Positions 1 through 12,900 of a stretch of 64,000 bases of DNA are shown in pieces (the stretch's first letter is position 1; each line of letters opens with the position of its first letter). The notes below the pieces were generated by a model. It saw only the letters and a program-made list of their open reading frames with translations, was not told where the DNA came from and made no database searches. The position numbers and the translations under genes are program-made. The DNA comes from Eledone cirrhosa (lineage: Eukaryota), in NCBI GenBank assembly GCA_964016885.1, contig OZ024741.1, forward strand, positions 345,774,001-345,838,000. The letters are read 5' to 3'.

Positions 1-51
1 TATATATGTGTATGTATGTGTGTATGTATATGTGTGTGTGCGTGCATGTGC

Positions 52-85
<34 letters not shown>

Positions 86-106
86 ATGTATATGTGTGTG
101 TGTGTA

Positions 107-137
<31 letters not shown>

Positions 138-194
138 ATGATTTGGCCTGACTGACTGCATATATGTGTATATATGTGGGTATCTTATGTGTAC

Positions 195-590
195 TAGGGT
201 GCCAGAAATTACTGCTACAAGAGAGGTCATAAAACCTCTAATGTAGCAGTAATTTCTGGCGACGGGATTAGGGCGAGTGATAGCTCAGGTATGAATGGAA
301 ATGGTCAGTGGGCAAATTTGAATGGCCATACACTAAGATGACGTCCAGAACTACCAACCAATCGCAGTATAGCGGAAACAGGATGAAGGCAGATGATAGA
401 AAGTCGAAGGGCAGACCCAGCAGAAAGAGGATTTGCTTCGAAATCACTAGACGTATCTGAGGGACTTGCGAATCCAGAGTCAGGTTCAACCCACAAACAG
501 ATCGCACCTCGAGCTGTTCGCCGGAGAAACTTTTGTAATACGTAATAAATTTGTGTTCCGATGCATCACTGTTTCTTCGTTTTCCATATA
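195..590 (+). mobile_element. Short PLE-type terminal remnant with HHR, ending in AATAAA and (TA)n/(CA)n
   Basis: HHR fold at 451-543, AATAAA at 544-549, 19-bp inverted repeat 201-219/242-260, microsatellite flanks. Confidence 0.55.
451..543 (+). ncRNA. Hammerhead ribozyme-like motif (degenerate core)
   Basis: Stem I ACGUAU/AUACGU, CUGAGGG, long stem II, GAAAC-UUUU-GUA. Confidence 0.5.
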
Positions 591-591
591 T

Positions 592-716
<125 letters not shown>

Positions 717-844
717 GATGCAGAGTGGGTATATTATTAAAAGTGGAGGATTGACCGCGAGATCGCAGTCGCCCCTCTACTTTCACTAATATATATATAT
801 ATTGAAAACAAAGAGAAGTTTCACATTAAGGCATTTATTGATTA

Positions 845-1275
845 CTAGCAGAAAAACCACCCTTCGGGTAGTTTTCTGCTAGCATGTGAAGTGTGCATAT
901 TGATATTATACGCAAGTATATATGCATGTAAATATGATACATCAAATAAAATCGTAATTGACAATATACACAGAAATAGAACGAAGACTGCGTTACACTG
1001 TCTTCTGTAATCATTAACGTAATCCATGATACATTTAAAAAAAGACGATATTATATATAAACTGCATTAGGAGAAAATTAGCGACGGAAATATATTCGAT
1101 ACTTTTATAAGTGTTATAATATAACGACCGCTAACCGGAAGTGTTGACATTTGAAAATGTTAAAGGTCTTTAAATAAGCTATAAAATGTATTTAATCAAC
1201 AGCCACGAAATTTAGCACATAAATTATGTAATATTTATTTATTCAAAGTAATCCAACTTATTTTACAAACGGGGT
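845..1275. repeat. Dispersed repeat, second copy at ~39590-40065
   Basis: Shared blocks e.g. aactgcattaggagaaaatta, accggaagtgttgacatttgaaaat, aagtaatccaacttattttacaaacggg. Confidence 0.7.
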
Positions 1276-1482
1276 ACAATAATATATTCTGGACGCAATC
1301 CCGCACTCCTTTCTTTATTATAGTTAAGATACGTAGTTACAACCATTACAACCATGCTATAAACCCGACTTCAGCCCGATCTGCTCTTCAGACTTCTTAA
1401 TCAAACAATGCCAAAATCTCATCTCTGATGTTGGTACCCACCACAGTGAACCACAAATCTACTGAACCATCTATTATTATTA

Positions 1483-1686
1483 TGGATTGGCAGTATCGGT
1501 AGTGCGTCGAGCACCATGCTTCGTAGCATAGAGTTACGACCCTTTACTTTCTGAGTTCAACTCCCGTCAGGATTAGCTTTGACTTTCATCCTTACAGGGT
1601 CGATAAAATAAAGCACCAATAATGCACTGGGGTCGACTTTTCCCTACCCTTCAAATTGCTGCGCTGTGCCTAAATCAGACAATTAT
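1483..1686 (+). mobile_element. tRNA-derived SINE, family A
   Basis: TGGCAGTATCGGTAG A-box-like, GAGTTCAA B-box-like, body TTTCATCCTTACxGGGTCGATAAAATAAAG, (ATT)n tail; about 20 copies in window. Confidence 0.85.
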
Positions 1687-2612
1687 TATTATTATACATA
1701 TTATTATTATTATTATTATTATATACGTACACATACACGTATTATATTTGAAAATCATTGCTTAAATGCCTATTTTTACAGATCACATCGTCGAAGAAAA
1801 CACATTTAAAATCTATTATTCTTATTTCTTAACATTCTAGTGTGAGTTATTGAGAGAGAAATATATACAGAAGTAATTTTTTATTTAAATGTGTTGCCAA
1901 ATAAAGTACAAAATATTGTGAGGTATATCTTAATAAAGATTATACAAGTAATATCAAACTGAGAAATAAAAACAATAATTAAGCAGCGAAAGAATATTTA
2001 GTATAAATATGTGAACAAAATAATCAAAAACCAATATAAATAAACGTTGACTCAAGACTAAAATACACAGGGTAAATACACAAGTAAACATTTTCAAAGA
2101 GTCACACAATTACAAAACACACAGGTTGTATATCAATCCTGACATATGTCAAAGGATATTACTTACTATTATTACCTCCCTTTGAAAGGATAGAATTATG
2201 ACTTCATTGCTGAAAGTAAATGTGGAATTGCTAAAAAAAAAAAAAAAAAAAAATCAAAATTTTACAAGTAAACAAAAAACAAAAAAAAAACAAAACAAAA
2301 CAAAACAAACAAAACAAATATCACAAATTCTGCAAGATGAAACGTTATTCGACATAAACAGATAGATCCAGATTCTTTAAGGAAATACTAGATTTATTTT
2401 CTTTGAGAAATGGATATAACTTACGAAAATTGCTATGAAAGAACGCAAAAATACAAAAGCCCATAATAGAAAGACAAAAACAAAAGAAATTTATTTCTCC
2501 TAGTATAAAGAGCCGAAACCATGTAAATAAATAACAATAGAATAATACCAGAAACTGATGAAATCCTGGGAATCCTGGATCGATTAGTCAGTCAGATGAA
2601 ATTATGTATCAC

Positions 2613-2798
2613 GTGGATTGGCAGTATCGGTAGAGGGTCTGACGCCATGCTTTGCAGCAAAGAGTTACATCCCTTTATGGTCTGAGTTCAAATCCCGATG
2701 AGGTTAAATTTGCCTTTCATCCTTACGAGGTCGATAAAATAAAGTACCAGTAATGTACTGGAATAATTGCTGGCCTTGTGCCAATAGTAGAAACAGTT
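2613..2798 (+). mobile_element. tRNA-derived SINE, family A
   Basis: Same consensus as 1483-1686. Confidence 0.85.
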
Positions 2799-2834
2799 AT
2801 GTATCACATCACAATGCACTACAATTACTGCTTT

Positions 2835-3275
2835 ATAAAGCATGGCTTGGACGCTGCCAGCTTCCCTTCCCAGCTCGAGCCGGTGGGGTTGGACCGAGGG
2901 GACGGCAAAAGGCCAGATGGCATGACCATCTTCCCATTCCGCGGTGGCAAATACCTCGTCTGGGATGCTACTTGCACCGACACTTTCTGCAGCCGCAACC
3001 TGGTGCAGTCTGTGACTAACCCAGGTTCTGCTGCACGTCGGGCTGAGGAGGCCAAGCTCCTCAAATATCGGTCGCTCTCCAACAGGTTTCCGGTTGTACC
3101 CCTGGCAGTGGAGACTTCTGGTGTCCTCGGCCCTAGGGCTACCTTCCTACTCCCCACCATAGGCACTGAGCTCGCCAGCCGCAGGTGTGAACTCCGCGAG
3201 TTGGAGTGGATTTTCCACCGCGTCTCACTTGCCGTCCCCCGGGGGAACGCCTTCTCCATCCTGTCCGCCGGGGAT
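2835..3275 (+). pseudogene. 3' fragment of CRE-like non-LTR retrotransposon (restriction-like endonuclease domain)
   Basis: EPVGLDRGDGKRPDGMTIFPF..GKYLVWDATCTDTF...K..KY..L...VPLAVETSGVLG...RVSLAVPRGNA; GC-rich island. Confidence 0.75.
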
Positions 3276-3306
<31 letters not shown>

Positions 3307-3550
3307 GCATCACGTAACGTTCCATATTTAGGTATCTGTAATCTCACATGTACACGCACGTCCGTGTTGTGTCCCTAAACTAAGTTTATTTCCTTTAATA
3401 GGTACAATGTAAGTTACTGCTTTGACAATGTCCTTTTTCATTTTTAACCGAATCATTGGCTGCCTATGGTCACCCATAGATTCTAACCGCAGTTTTTGTG
3501 GAGAGAAAACTATTTAACCAGTAGCATGTAGTATTATTTTATAAATAAAG

Positions 3551-3770
3551 GGAGGTGGATTGGCAGTATCGGTAGAGGGTCGGAGCCATGCTTTGCAGCA
3601 TAGAGTTACGGCCCATTATGATCTGAGTTCAAATCGTGCCGAGGTTAACTTTGCCTTTCATCCTTACGGGGTCGATAAAATAAAGTACCAGTCTGGGATT
3701 GATTTAATTGACCGCCCTCCCAAATAAAACAACAACAATTGGTGGCCTTGTGCCTATATAAGAAACCATA
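3551..3770 (+). mobile_element. tRNA-derived SINE, family A
   Basis: Family consensus match. Confidence 0.85.
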
Positions 3771-3875
3771 ATATTTACTTCTCCGTTCACAGATTGGTTT
3801 TTTTAGTTTCAGAAGATCCCGTTAAAGGTGAAAGCAGCGATTCTTTGCTTAAACTTTAATCTGTTATTTTAATAA

Positions 3876-3944
<69 letters not shown>

Positions 3945-3955
3945 CATATATATAC

Positions 3956-4051
<96 letters not shown>

Positions 4052-4059
4052 ATATATAT

Positions 4060-4296
4060 ATGTATATATTGCCTTTATTTTTAATTTCATTTGCACCGTT
4101 TCCTCTCACCCCCTTTTTGCTATATGTCTCTCCACCACTCCCCTACACACCCTTTGAACTCTCTCCCCTCACACTTTTCACCTGAAGAAGGGCTTATGCC
4201 CGAAACGTCGTTCCTCACCACCACCCCACACTTAAGAGCGTGATATTAATAAACCTTTGTTCCTACTGCCTCTCTGTTTTGTTCCTGTTCAATTTT

Positions 4297-4300
<4 letters not shown>
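4060..4300 (+). mobile_element. PLE-type terminal remnant with HHR core (4182-4208)
   Basis: CUGAAGAA-GGGC-UUAU-GCCC-GAAACGUC, downstream AATAAA, (TA)n on both sides; stem I disrupted. Confidence 0.55.
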
Positions 4301-4358
<58 letters not shown>

Positions 4359-4444
4359 TAACAGATTAAATATAACAGATGATTTAATATATATATATAT
4401 AACAGATTTAAATATATATATATATATAACAGATTTAATATATA

Positions 4445-4506
<62 letters not shown>

Positions 4507-4512
<6 letters not shown>

Positions 4513-5032
4513 GTTAAAAATGTACATCCACATATGTATACTGAAATACTAGTATGCATATGAATACACACACGTGTACATATGTAGATGTACCGAGTTT
4601 TTCACTGGACACTTTACTGTGAGTGTCCAGCTATTCTGTATGTAAACACACAGACAAACCGGTTTTAGAGTCATACTGGTTTTCGAGGAAACACCTTTCC
4701 TCTATTCTCCAGAAAGCCAGACAACTACTAATTTTCATGGAAAAAGCATATAACGATATGTGCTTTTACGATTCTCTAGAAAGGCCGGAAGATAGGTAAA
4801 TATTGCTGAGGAGATGTAACAACATCGAAACTAGTCCAATGTTCCTTGTCTGGCTTTCTGGAGAATAGAGGAAACTTGGTACATCTACATATGTACACGT
4901 GTGTGTATTCATATGCATACTAGTATTTCAGTATACATATGTGGATGTACATTTTTAACTTAATTGTTTAAGCGTCAGTCATACAAAAGTGAGTTACAAA
5001 CGAAACGAAATTTAATTTCGTTTCGTTATTTG

Positions 5033-5035
<3 letters not shown>
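4507..5035 (+). mobile_element. HHR-bearing short element with inverted duplication of its 3' part
   Basis: ~4507-4600 is the reverse complement of ~4873-4965; (TA)n flanks. Confidence 0.65.
4800..4842 (+). ncRNA. Minimal type-I hammerhead ribozyme
   Basis: AUAUUG-CUGAGGA-GAUGU(AACA)ACAUC-GAAA-CUAGUC-CAAUGU; palindromic stem III ACUAGU, GUC site. Confidence 0.8.
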
Positions 5036-5088
<53 letters not shown>

Positions 5089-5379
5089 TAAACGGAATAG
5101 AAAATGCTGACAAATTGTTCACAGTGAAAAATAGTTTAATTAGGAATAAGTGAGAATTAGTAATAGTATTGGTTAGTATTCAGTTTTGGTTTTTAATTTT
5201 ACCGGTTGCGCATTTCTAATGCTTTTCAAAAATAATTTTGTGATAGAGCGTCCCTGATGTTTGCTCTGATCTTATATATATATATATATATAAATGAAAA
5301 TTAGAGTTAATAACTCTTATTGAAACCCTGTAATTATTAAGCTCCAAGTATAAAATACTGAGCATTATAATAATAATAT

Positions 5380-5767
5380 ATATGCAATAAGAAACACAGT
5401 AAACCGCGTGTCTAATATTACAAGGGTTGAAAGACCACATTAGTTTGAAATATTTAACCATGAAGCAGACAGAAAGATAAAATAAAATTATATTATACAA
5501 ACCGCCTCAATAACAATTATATCTCTCGGACAGATTATCCCTAATCTGTTTCGCCCTGAGTGTATTTGCAACAGATAATCATGGGCATCATCAGCGAGAG
5601 AATATATATATATATATATAAATTCAGCGAGAATCGTATTTCGGCTGGTAGAAAAAGCGAAACGAAACGGAAAATCGTAGAAATGGTGGCAAGCGTTCCA
5701 ATAGTTGATAAAAACTAGAGCTAAACAATATGTTAAAACGCCATACAAACTGAAAAGTGGTCAAGAA

Positions 5768-5770
<3 letters not shown>
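5380..5770 (-). repeat. Fragment of the ~610-bp HHR repeat family
   Basis: attcagcgagaatcg...agagctaaacaat...gtggtcaagaaggc shared with 43940-44860, 47200-47770, 52650-53460, 56450-56600. Confidence 0.7.
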
Positions 5771-5819
<49 letters not shown>

Positions 5820-5821
<2 letters not shown>

Positions 5822-6035
5822 GAAGGAAGTGTGGTAAGGAACCAGGTGGACTATAACGCACCAGAGTACTCAATACTTAAGGTATAGAGTGAGTAATAGG
5901 AAAATTTCAAGACCCCGACGGCAGAGCTCAAGCCGTTTCGACGGCTATTTCTGGACAAAAATAGATCTAATTTAGTCCAGAAATAGCCGTGGAAACGGCT
6001 TGAGCTCTGCTGTCGGGTTCTTGAACATTTTCCTA
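5820..6035 (-). mobile_element. Fold-back half-HHR element (gaccccgacggc family)
   Basis: Palindrome gaccccgacggcagagctcaagccgtttcgacggcta...tagccgtggaaacggcttgagctctgctgtcggg in (TA)n. Confidence 0.7.
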
Positions 6036-6204
6036 TGTATATATATATATATATATATATAGTTAGGAAAGCAGAAAATTGCTTATTGTAATCCAGTTCG
6101 TGTTTAAGATAGCCAGTTTCTTGGACGGTTTCCAGCGTACGCTTAGAGGTAACTCCACAGGTTTGTAAGAATGTGGTCAGTAAATCACGTTCAATCTTGG
6201 AGTA

Positions 6205-7172
6205 TAAAGAATAAAAGAGAAAACACAGGTAAGCATTAAAAAAAGGATTTTATCCAGGTATTTACGACCGTTTCATTGGTAAGCGCAACCTTATATCGCT
6301 ATACTGCAAAAAGCAGCCACTCGATAATAACTGTTATTCACCTCCAAATTTTCAAAATAATGAATAAGTTACTTGTAAAAAGTTCTTAATATATAAAAAA
6401 ACATTTTTTGGAATCGTATTTACTAGTATAGAGAGAGAGGAAGGGGGAGAAGAATTAGGAAGTAGAGGGACAAACGGAGATGGGGAAGGGGTAAAGATGG
6501 AAGGATTCCTCGATCAGTTTTGATTCGTAGACTTGATGTCGTCAATTTACAGTGTAGGGAGTTAAAGAGAATTTATTTGTTTATAGTGGGAGGGAGACTT
6601 TCTACCCTCTTATTGAATCTAACCTCTTTAATTACCCACAGTAACCAATACTTACGTCCCTCTCTCCTCCATTCGTTTTCTTCTTTTCTTCTCTTCCTTT
6701 TTTTTGTTCGCTTTTCTTTTCTTCTTTTTTCTCTTCCTCCTTTTTTATATATATATTTATCTCTCTATCCCCCCTTTCTCTCTCCCCCCTCCCACTATAA
6801 ACAATTTAATTCTCTTTAACTCCCTACACTGTAAATTGACGACATCAAGTCTACGGGTCAAAACTGATCGAGGAATCCTTCCATCTTTACCCCTCCCTCC
6901 ATCACCGTTTGTCCCTCTACTTCCTAATTCTCTCACCCTTCCTCTCTCTCTATACTAGTAAATACGATTCCAACAAAATGTTTTTTTATATATATTAAGA
7001 ACCTTTTACAAGTAACTTATTCATTATTTTGAAAATTTGGAGGTGAATAACAGTTATTATAGAGAAACTGGTATTTGCAGTGTAGCGATATAAGGTTTCG
7101 CTTACCAATGAAACGGTCGTAAATACCGGGATAAAATCCTTTTTTTTAATGCTTACCTTTATTTTCTCTTTT

Positions 7173-7175
<3 letters not shown>
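6205..7175. mobile_element. Large inverted duplication of an HHR-bearing element (HHRs 6259-6359 minus, 7025-7125 plus)
   Basis: ~6205-6600 is reverse-complementary to ~6790-7175; UAUU-UUGAAAA-UUUGG...CCAAU-GAAAC-GGUC-GUA-AAUA. Confidence 0.65.
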
Positions 7176-7242
<67 letters not shown>

Positions 7243-7265
7243 TGTATATATATGTATATATATAT

Positions 7266-7981
7266 TACTCTCATCTCGGAAACAGTTTTGGATAGCGCTA
7301 GTTCGTAATTTAAATTCAAGAATTTTATATTCTTCGAATGAAAAGAACCTTCTGACGAGAATCTTTCTTTGCAACAAAGGCCGTATGGTCTCCGTTTATT
7401 TTTGAGATTCGAAACCGATTCGGTAAAGGTAACTATAGTAAGTAAAGTTAATTTTTTAAAATTTATTTTGAAACTTTTTCATTATTTGCTAAACCTTGAT
7501 TATATATGTTCTGGCTCGTTAATTTATTAACCTGCCATTGAACCACATTGGCATATGGTTGGACAATACATGTGTCCCTTAGCGCCTTGTGCGTGTAGGA
7601 ACACATATCCTATTATTACTATTCTCCTCTATGTTGAGAAAAAATTTGGTCGTTCCGACTCTGCTAGCGATAGTGGTGGCCGATTGACCTACCTCCCTCT
7701 GCCTCTATCTTTACTTTCGGCCCTTGAAAAAATTGATTCCACTTCATTTACTCTCATCTCGGGAACAGTTTTGGATAGCGCTAGTTCGTAATTTAAATTC
7801 AAGAATTTTATATTCTTCGAATGAAAAGAACCTTCTGACGAGAATCTTTCTTTGCAACGAAGGCCGTATGGTCTCCGTTTATTTTTGAGATTCGAAACCG
7901 ATTCGGTAAAGGTAACTATAGTAAGTAAAGTTAATTTTTTAAAATTTATTTTGAAACTTTTTCATTATTTGCTAAACCTTG

Positions 7982-7985
<4 letters not shown>
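7266..7985 (+). mobile_element. 1.5-mer of a 483-bp HHR unit (HHRs 7347-7430 and 7830-7913)
   Basis: Direct repeats ~7266-7505/~7749-7985; ACCUU-CUGACGA-GAAUCU...AGAUUC-GAAA-CCG(AUU)CGGUA-AAGGU. Confidence 0.8.
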
Positions 7986-8017
<32 letters not shown>

Positions 8018-8090
8018 ATATATTAATAAGACCAACATATTATAGAGTAAACGGGGGCCACTTCAGAAAATAATATCTCCTAGCGAGTTT

Positions 8091-8168
8091 ATCCCCTGAA
8101 GAGCTCCAAACTCGAGTATGAACCTTAATAAGGTATCTCAAAAGAGAGCGAAACCCTAGGGTCGGGAT
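8091..8168 (+). ncRNA. Type-I hammerhead ribozyme
   Basis: AUCCC-CUGAAGA-GCUC...GAGC-GAAA-CCCUAGGG-UC-GGGAU; all core nucleotides canonical. Confidence 0.85.
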
Positions 8169-8483
8169 TTAGTGATTTAATCCTGGTATGTATATAAGTA
8201 TTTCTAACATTAATTTTTACCTAATTATGTATGGTTGACCGTATATTTAATTAATTTCCACGTGCTGTTGAAATGTTGGGGAAATATTCTATAGCGGTTG
8301 CACGCGAAGACGCCACAATAGCGTATTTATTTACTGTTTCTTCATAGATGCCTTTTATTCTTATAGCCTGGTCTAATTGATTTTGTGTGTGGTTAATTAT
8401 GGTGATTGGGAGTAGATATGATGTATATATATTATCAACTAATTCTCTGGACATGCTTTACTCTATAATATATATATATATAT

Positions 8484-9909
8484 AAATTGGAATAAATGCT
8501 CTGAAATAGCGATATATATGTGAATATAGACATAGAATATTCGAAAATATTCTGTATGTTTATAATAAACATTTTGAAGACCTAATCGCTATAGAATAGA
8601 ATACGTCACGTATTACAATTAGATTCTCGATAAAAGCAAGGGAAGTAATCTACGCGTTTCATTCTCGTTAGAAATCATCAGGACTACATATCCAGTGCTT
8701 TTATCGAGAATGACACAGCTAGAGACTTATAGAATACTTAGCTGTGTACAGGAACTGGTTTGAAAGAGCGGTTGCCGGTCCGGCAGAAATTAGAAATTGG
8801 AATAAATGCTCTGAAATAGCGATATATATGTGAATATAGACATAGAATATTCGAAAATATTCTGTATGTTTATAATAAACATTTTGAAGACCTAATCGCT
8901 ATAGAATAGAATACGTCACGTATTACAATTAGATTCTCGATAAAAGCAAGGGAAGTAATCTACGCGTTTCATTCTCGTTAGAAATCATCAGGACTACATA
9001 TCCAGTGCTTTTATCGAGAATGACACAGCTAGAGACTTATAGAATACTTAGCTGTGTACAGGAACTGGTTTGAAAGAGCGGTTGCCGGTCCGGCAGAAAT
9101 TAGAAATTGGAATAAATGCTCTGAAATAGCGATATATATGTGAATATAGACATAGAATATTCGAAAATATTCTGTATGTTTATAATAAACATTTTGAAGA
9201 CCTAATCGCTATAGAATAGAATACGTCACGTATTACAATTAGATTCTCGATAAAAGCAAGGGAAGTAATCTACGCGTTTCATTCTCGTTAGAAATCATCA
9301 GGACTACATATCCAGTGCTTTTATCGAGAATGACACAGCTAGAGACTTATAGAATACTTAGCTGTGTACAGGAACTGGTTTGAAAGAGCGGTTGCCGGTC
9401 CGGCAGAAATTAGAAATTGGAATAAATGCTCTGAAATAGCGATATATATGTGAATATAGACATAGAATATTCGAAAATATTCTGTATGTTTATAATAAAC
9501 ATTTTGAAGACCTAATCGCTATAGAATAGAATACGTCACGTATTACAATTAGATTCTCGATAAAAGCAAGGGAAGTAATCTACGCGTTTCATTCTCGTTA
9601 GAAATCATCAGGACTACATATCCAGTGCTTTTATCGAGAATGACACAGCTAGAGACTTATAGAATACTTAGCTGTGTACAGGAACTGGTTTGAAAGAGCG
9701 GTTGCCGGTCCGGCAGAAATTAGAAATTGGAATAAATGCTCTGAAATAGCGATATATATGTGAATATAGACATAGAATATTCGAAAATATTCTGTATGTT
9801 TATAATAAACATTTTGAAGACCTAATCGCTATAGAATAGAATACGTCACGTATTACAATTAGATTCTCGATAAAAGCAAGGGAAGTAATCTACGCGTTTC
9901 ATTCTCGTT
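8484..9909 (-). repeat. 310-bp HHR tandem array, inverted arm (~4.6 units, 4 complete HHRs)
   Basis: aattgg ends at 8490, 8800, 9110, 9420, 9730; exact reverse complement of the right-arm unit. Confidence 0.95.
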
Positions 9910-12900
9910 TAAACATACAGAATATTTTCGAATATTCTATGTCTATATTCACATATATATCGCTATTTCAGAGCATTTATTCCAATTTCTAATTTCTGCC
10001 GGACCGGCAACCGCTCTTTCAAACCAGTTCCTGTACACAGCTAAGTATTCTATAAGTCTCTAGCTGTGTCATTCTCGATAAAAGCACTGGATATGTAGTC
10101 CTGATGATTTCTAACGAGAATGAAACGCGTAGATTACTTCCCTTGCTTTTATCGAGAATCTAATTGTAATACGTGACGTATTCTATTCTATAGCGATTAG
10201 GTCTTCAAAATGTTTATTATAAACATACAGAATATTTTCGAATATTCTATGTCTATATTCACATATATATCGCTATTTCAGAGCATTTATTCCAATTTCT
10301 AATTTCTGCCGGACCGGCAACCGCTCTTTCAAACCAGTTCCTGTACACAGCTAAGTATTCTATAAGTCTCTAGCTGTGTCATTCTCGATAAAAGCACTGG
10401 ATATGTAGTCCTGATGATTTCTAACGAGAATGAAACGCGTAGATTACTTCCCTTGCTTTTATCGAGAATCTAATTGTAATACGTGACGTATTCTATTCTA
10501 TAGCGATTAGGTCTTCAAAATGTTTATTATAAACATACAGAATATTTTCGAATATTCTATGTCTATATTCACATATATATCGCTATTTCAGAGCATTTAT
10601 TCCAATTTCTAATTTCTGCCGGACCGGCAACCGCTCTTTCAAACCAGTTCCTGTACACAGCTAAGTATTCTATAAGTCTCTAGCTGTGTCATTCTCGATA
10701 AAAGCACTGGATATGTAGTCCTGATGATTTCTAACGAGAATGAAACGCGTAGATTACTTCCCTTGCTTTTATCGAGAATCTAATTGTAATACGTGACGTA
10801 TTCTATTCTATAGCGATTAGGTCTTCAAAATGTTTATTATAAACATACAGAATATTTTCGAATATTCTATGTCTATATTCACATATATATCGCTATTTCA
10901 GAGCATTTATTCCAATTTCTAATTTCTGCCGGACCGGCAACCGCTCTTTCAAACCAGTTCCTGTACACAGCTAAGTATTCTATAAGTCTCTAGCTGTGTC
11001 ATTCTCGATAAAAGCACTGGATATGTAGTCCTGATGATTTCTAACGAGAATGAAACGCGTAGATTACTTCCCTTGCTTTTATCGAGAATCTAATTGTAAT
11101 ACGTGACGTATTCTATTCTATAGCGATTAGGTCTTCAAAATGTTTATTATAAACATACAGAATATTTTCGAATATTCTATGTCTATATTCACATATATAT
11201 CGCTATTTCAGAGCATTTATTCCAATTTCTAATTTCTGCCGGACCGGCAACCGCTCTTTCAAACCAGTTCCTGTACACAGCTAAGTATTCTATAAGTCTC
11301 TAGCTGTGTCATTCTCGATAAAAGCACTGGATATGTAGTCCTGATGATTTCTAACGAGAATGAAACGCGTAGATTACTTCCCTTGCTTTTATCGAGAATC
11401 TAATTGTAATACGTGACGTATTCTATTCTATAGCGATTAGGTCTTCAAAATGTTTATTATAAACATACAGAATATTTTCGAATATTCTATGTCTATATTC
11501 ACATATATATCGCTATTTCAGAGCATTTATTCCAATTTCTAATTTCTGCCGGACCGGCAACCGCTCTTTCAAACCAGTTCCTGTACACAGCTAAGTATTC
11601 TATAAGTCTCTAGCTGTGTCATTCTCGATAAAAGCACTGGATATGTAGTCCTGATGATTTCTAACGAGAATGAAACGCGTAGATTACTTCCCTTGCTTTT
11701 ACCGAGAATCTAATTGTAATACGTGACGTATTCTATTCTATAGCGATTAGGTCTTCAAAATGTTTATTATAAACATACAGAATATTTTCGAATATTCTAT
11801 GTCTATATTCACATATATATCGCTATTTCAGAGCATTTATTCCAATTTCTAATTTCTGCCGGACCGGCAACCGCTCTTTCAAACCAGTTCCTGTACACAG
11901 CTAAGTATTCTATAAGTCTCTAGCTGTGTCATTCTCGATAAAAGCACTGGATATGTAGTCCTGATGATTTCTAACGAGAATGAAACGCGTAGATTACTTC
12001 CCTTGCTTTTATCGAGAATCTAATTGTAATACGTGACGTATTCTATTCTATAGCGATTAGGTCTTCAAAATGTTTATTATAAACATACAGAATATTTTCG
12101 AATATTCTATGTCTATATTCACATATATATCGCTATTTCAGAGCATTTATTCCAATTTCTAATTTCTGCCGGACCGGCAACCGCTCTTTCAAACCAGTTC
12201 CTGTACACAGCTAAGTATTCTATAAGTCTCTAGCTGTGTCATTCTCGATAAAAGCACTGGATATGTAGTCCTGATGATTTCTAACGAGAATGAAACGCGT
12301 AGATTACTTCCCTTGCTTTTATCGAGAATCTAATTGTAATACGTGACGTATTCTATTCTATAGCGATTAGGTCTTCAAAATGTTTATTATAAACATACAG
12401 AATATTTTCGAATATTCTATGTCTATATTCACATATATATCGCTATTTCAGAGCATTTATTCCAATTTCTAATTTCTGCCGGACCGGCAACCGCTCTTTC
12501 AAACCAGTTCCTGTACACAGCTAAGTATTCTATAAGTCTCTAGCTGTGTCATTCTCGATAAAAGCACTGGATATGTAGTCCTGATGATTTCTAACGAGAA
12601 TGAAACGCGTAGATTACTTCCCTTGCTTTTATCGAGAATCTAATTGTAATACGTGACGTATTCTATTCTATAGCGATTAGGTCTTCAAAATGTTTATTAT
12701 AAACATACAGAATATTTTCGAATATTCTATGTCTATATTCACATATATATCGCTATTTCAGAGCATTTATTCCAATTTCTAATTTCTGCCGGACCGGCAA
12801 CCGCTCTTTCAAACCAGTTCCTGTACACAGCTAAGTAGTCTATAAGTCTCTAGCTGTGTCATTCTCGATAAAAGCACTGGATATGTAGTCCTGATGATTT

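Noticed and set aside
1483-1686. tRNA genes at SINE heads
   Set aside because: A/B boxes only, no cloverleaf, followed by a SINE body and tail.
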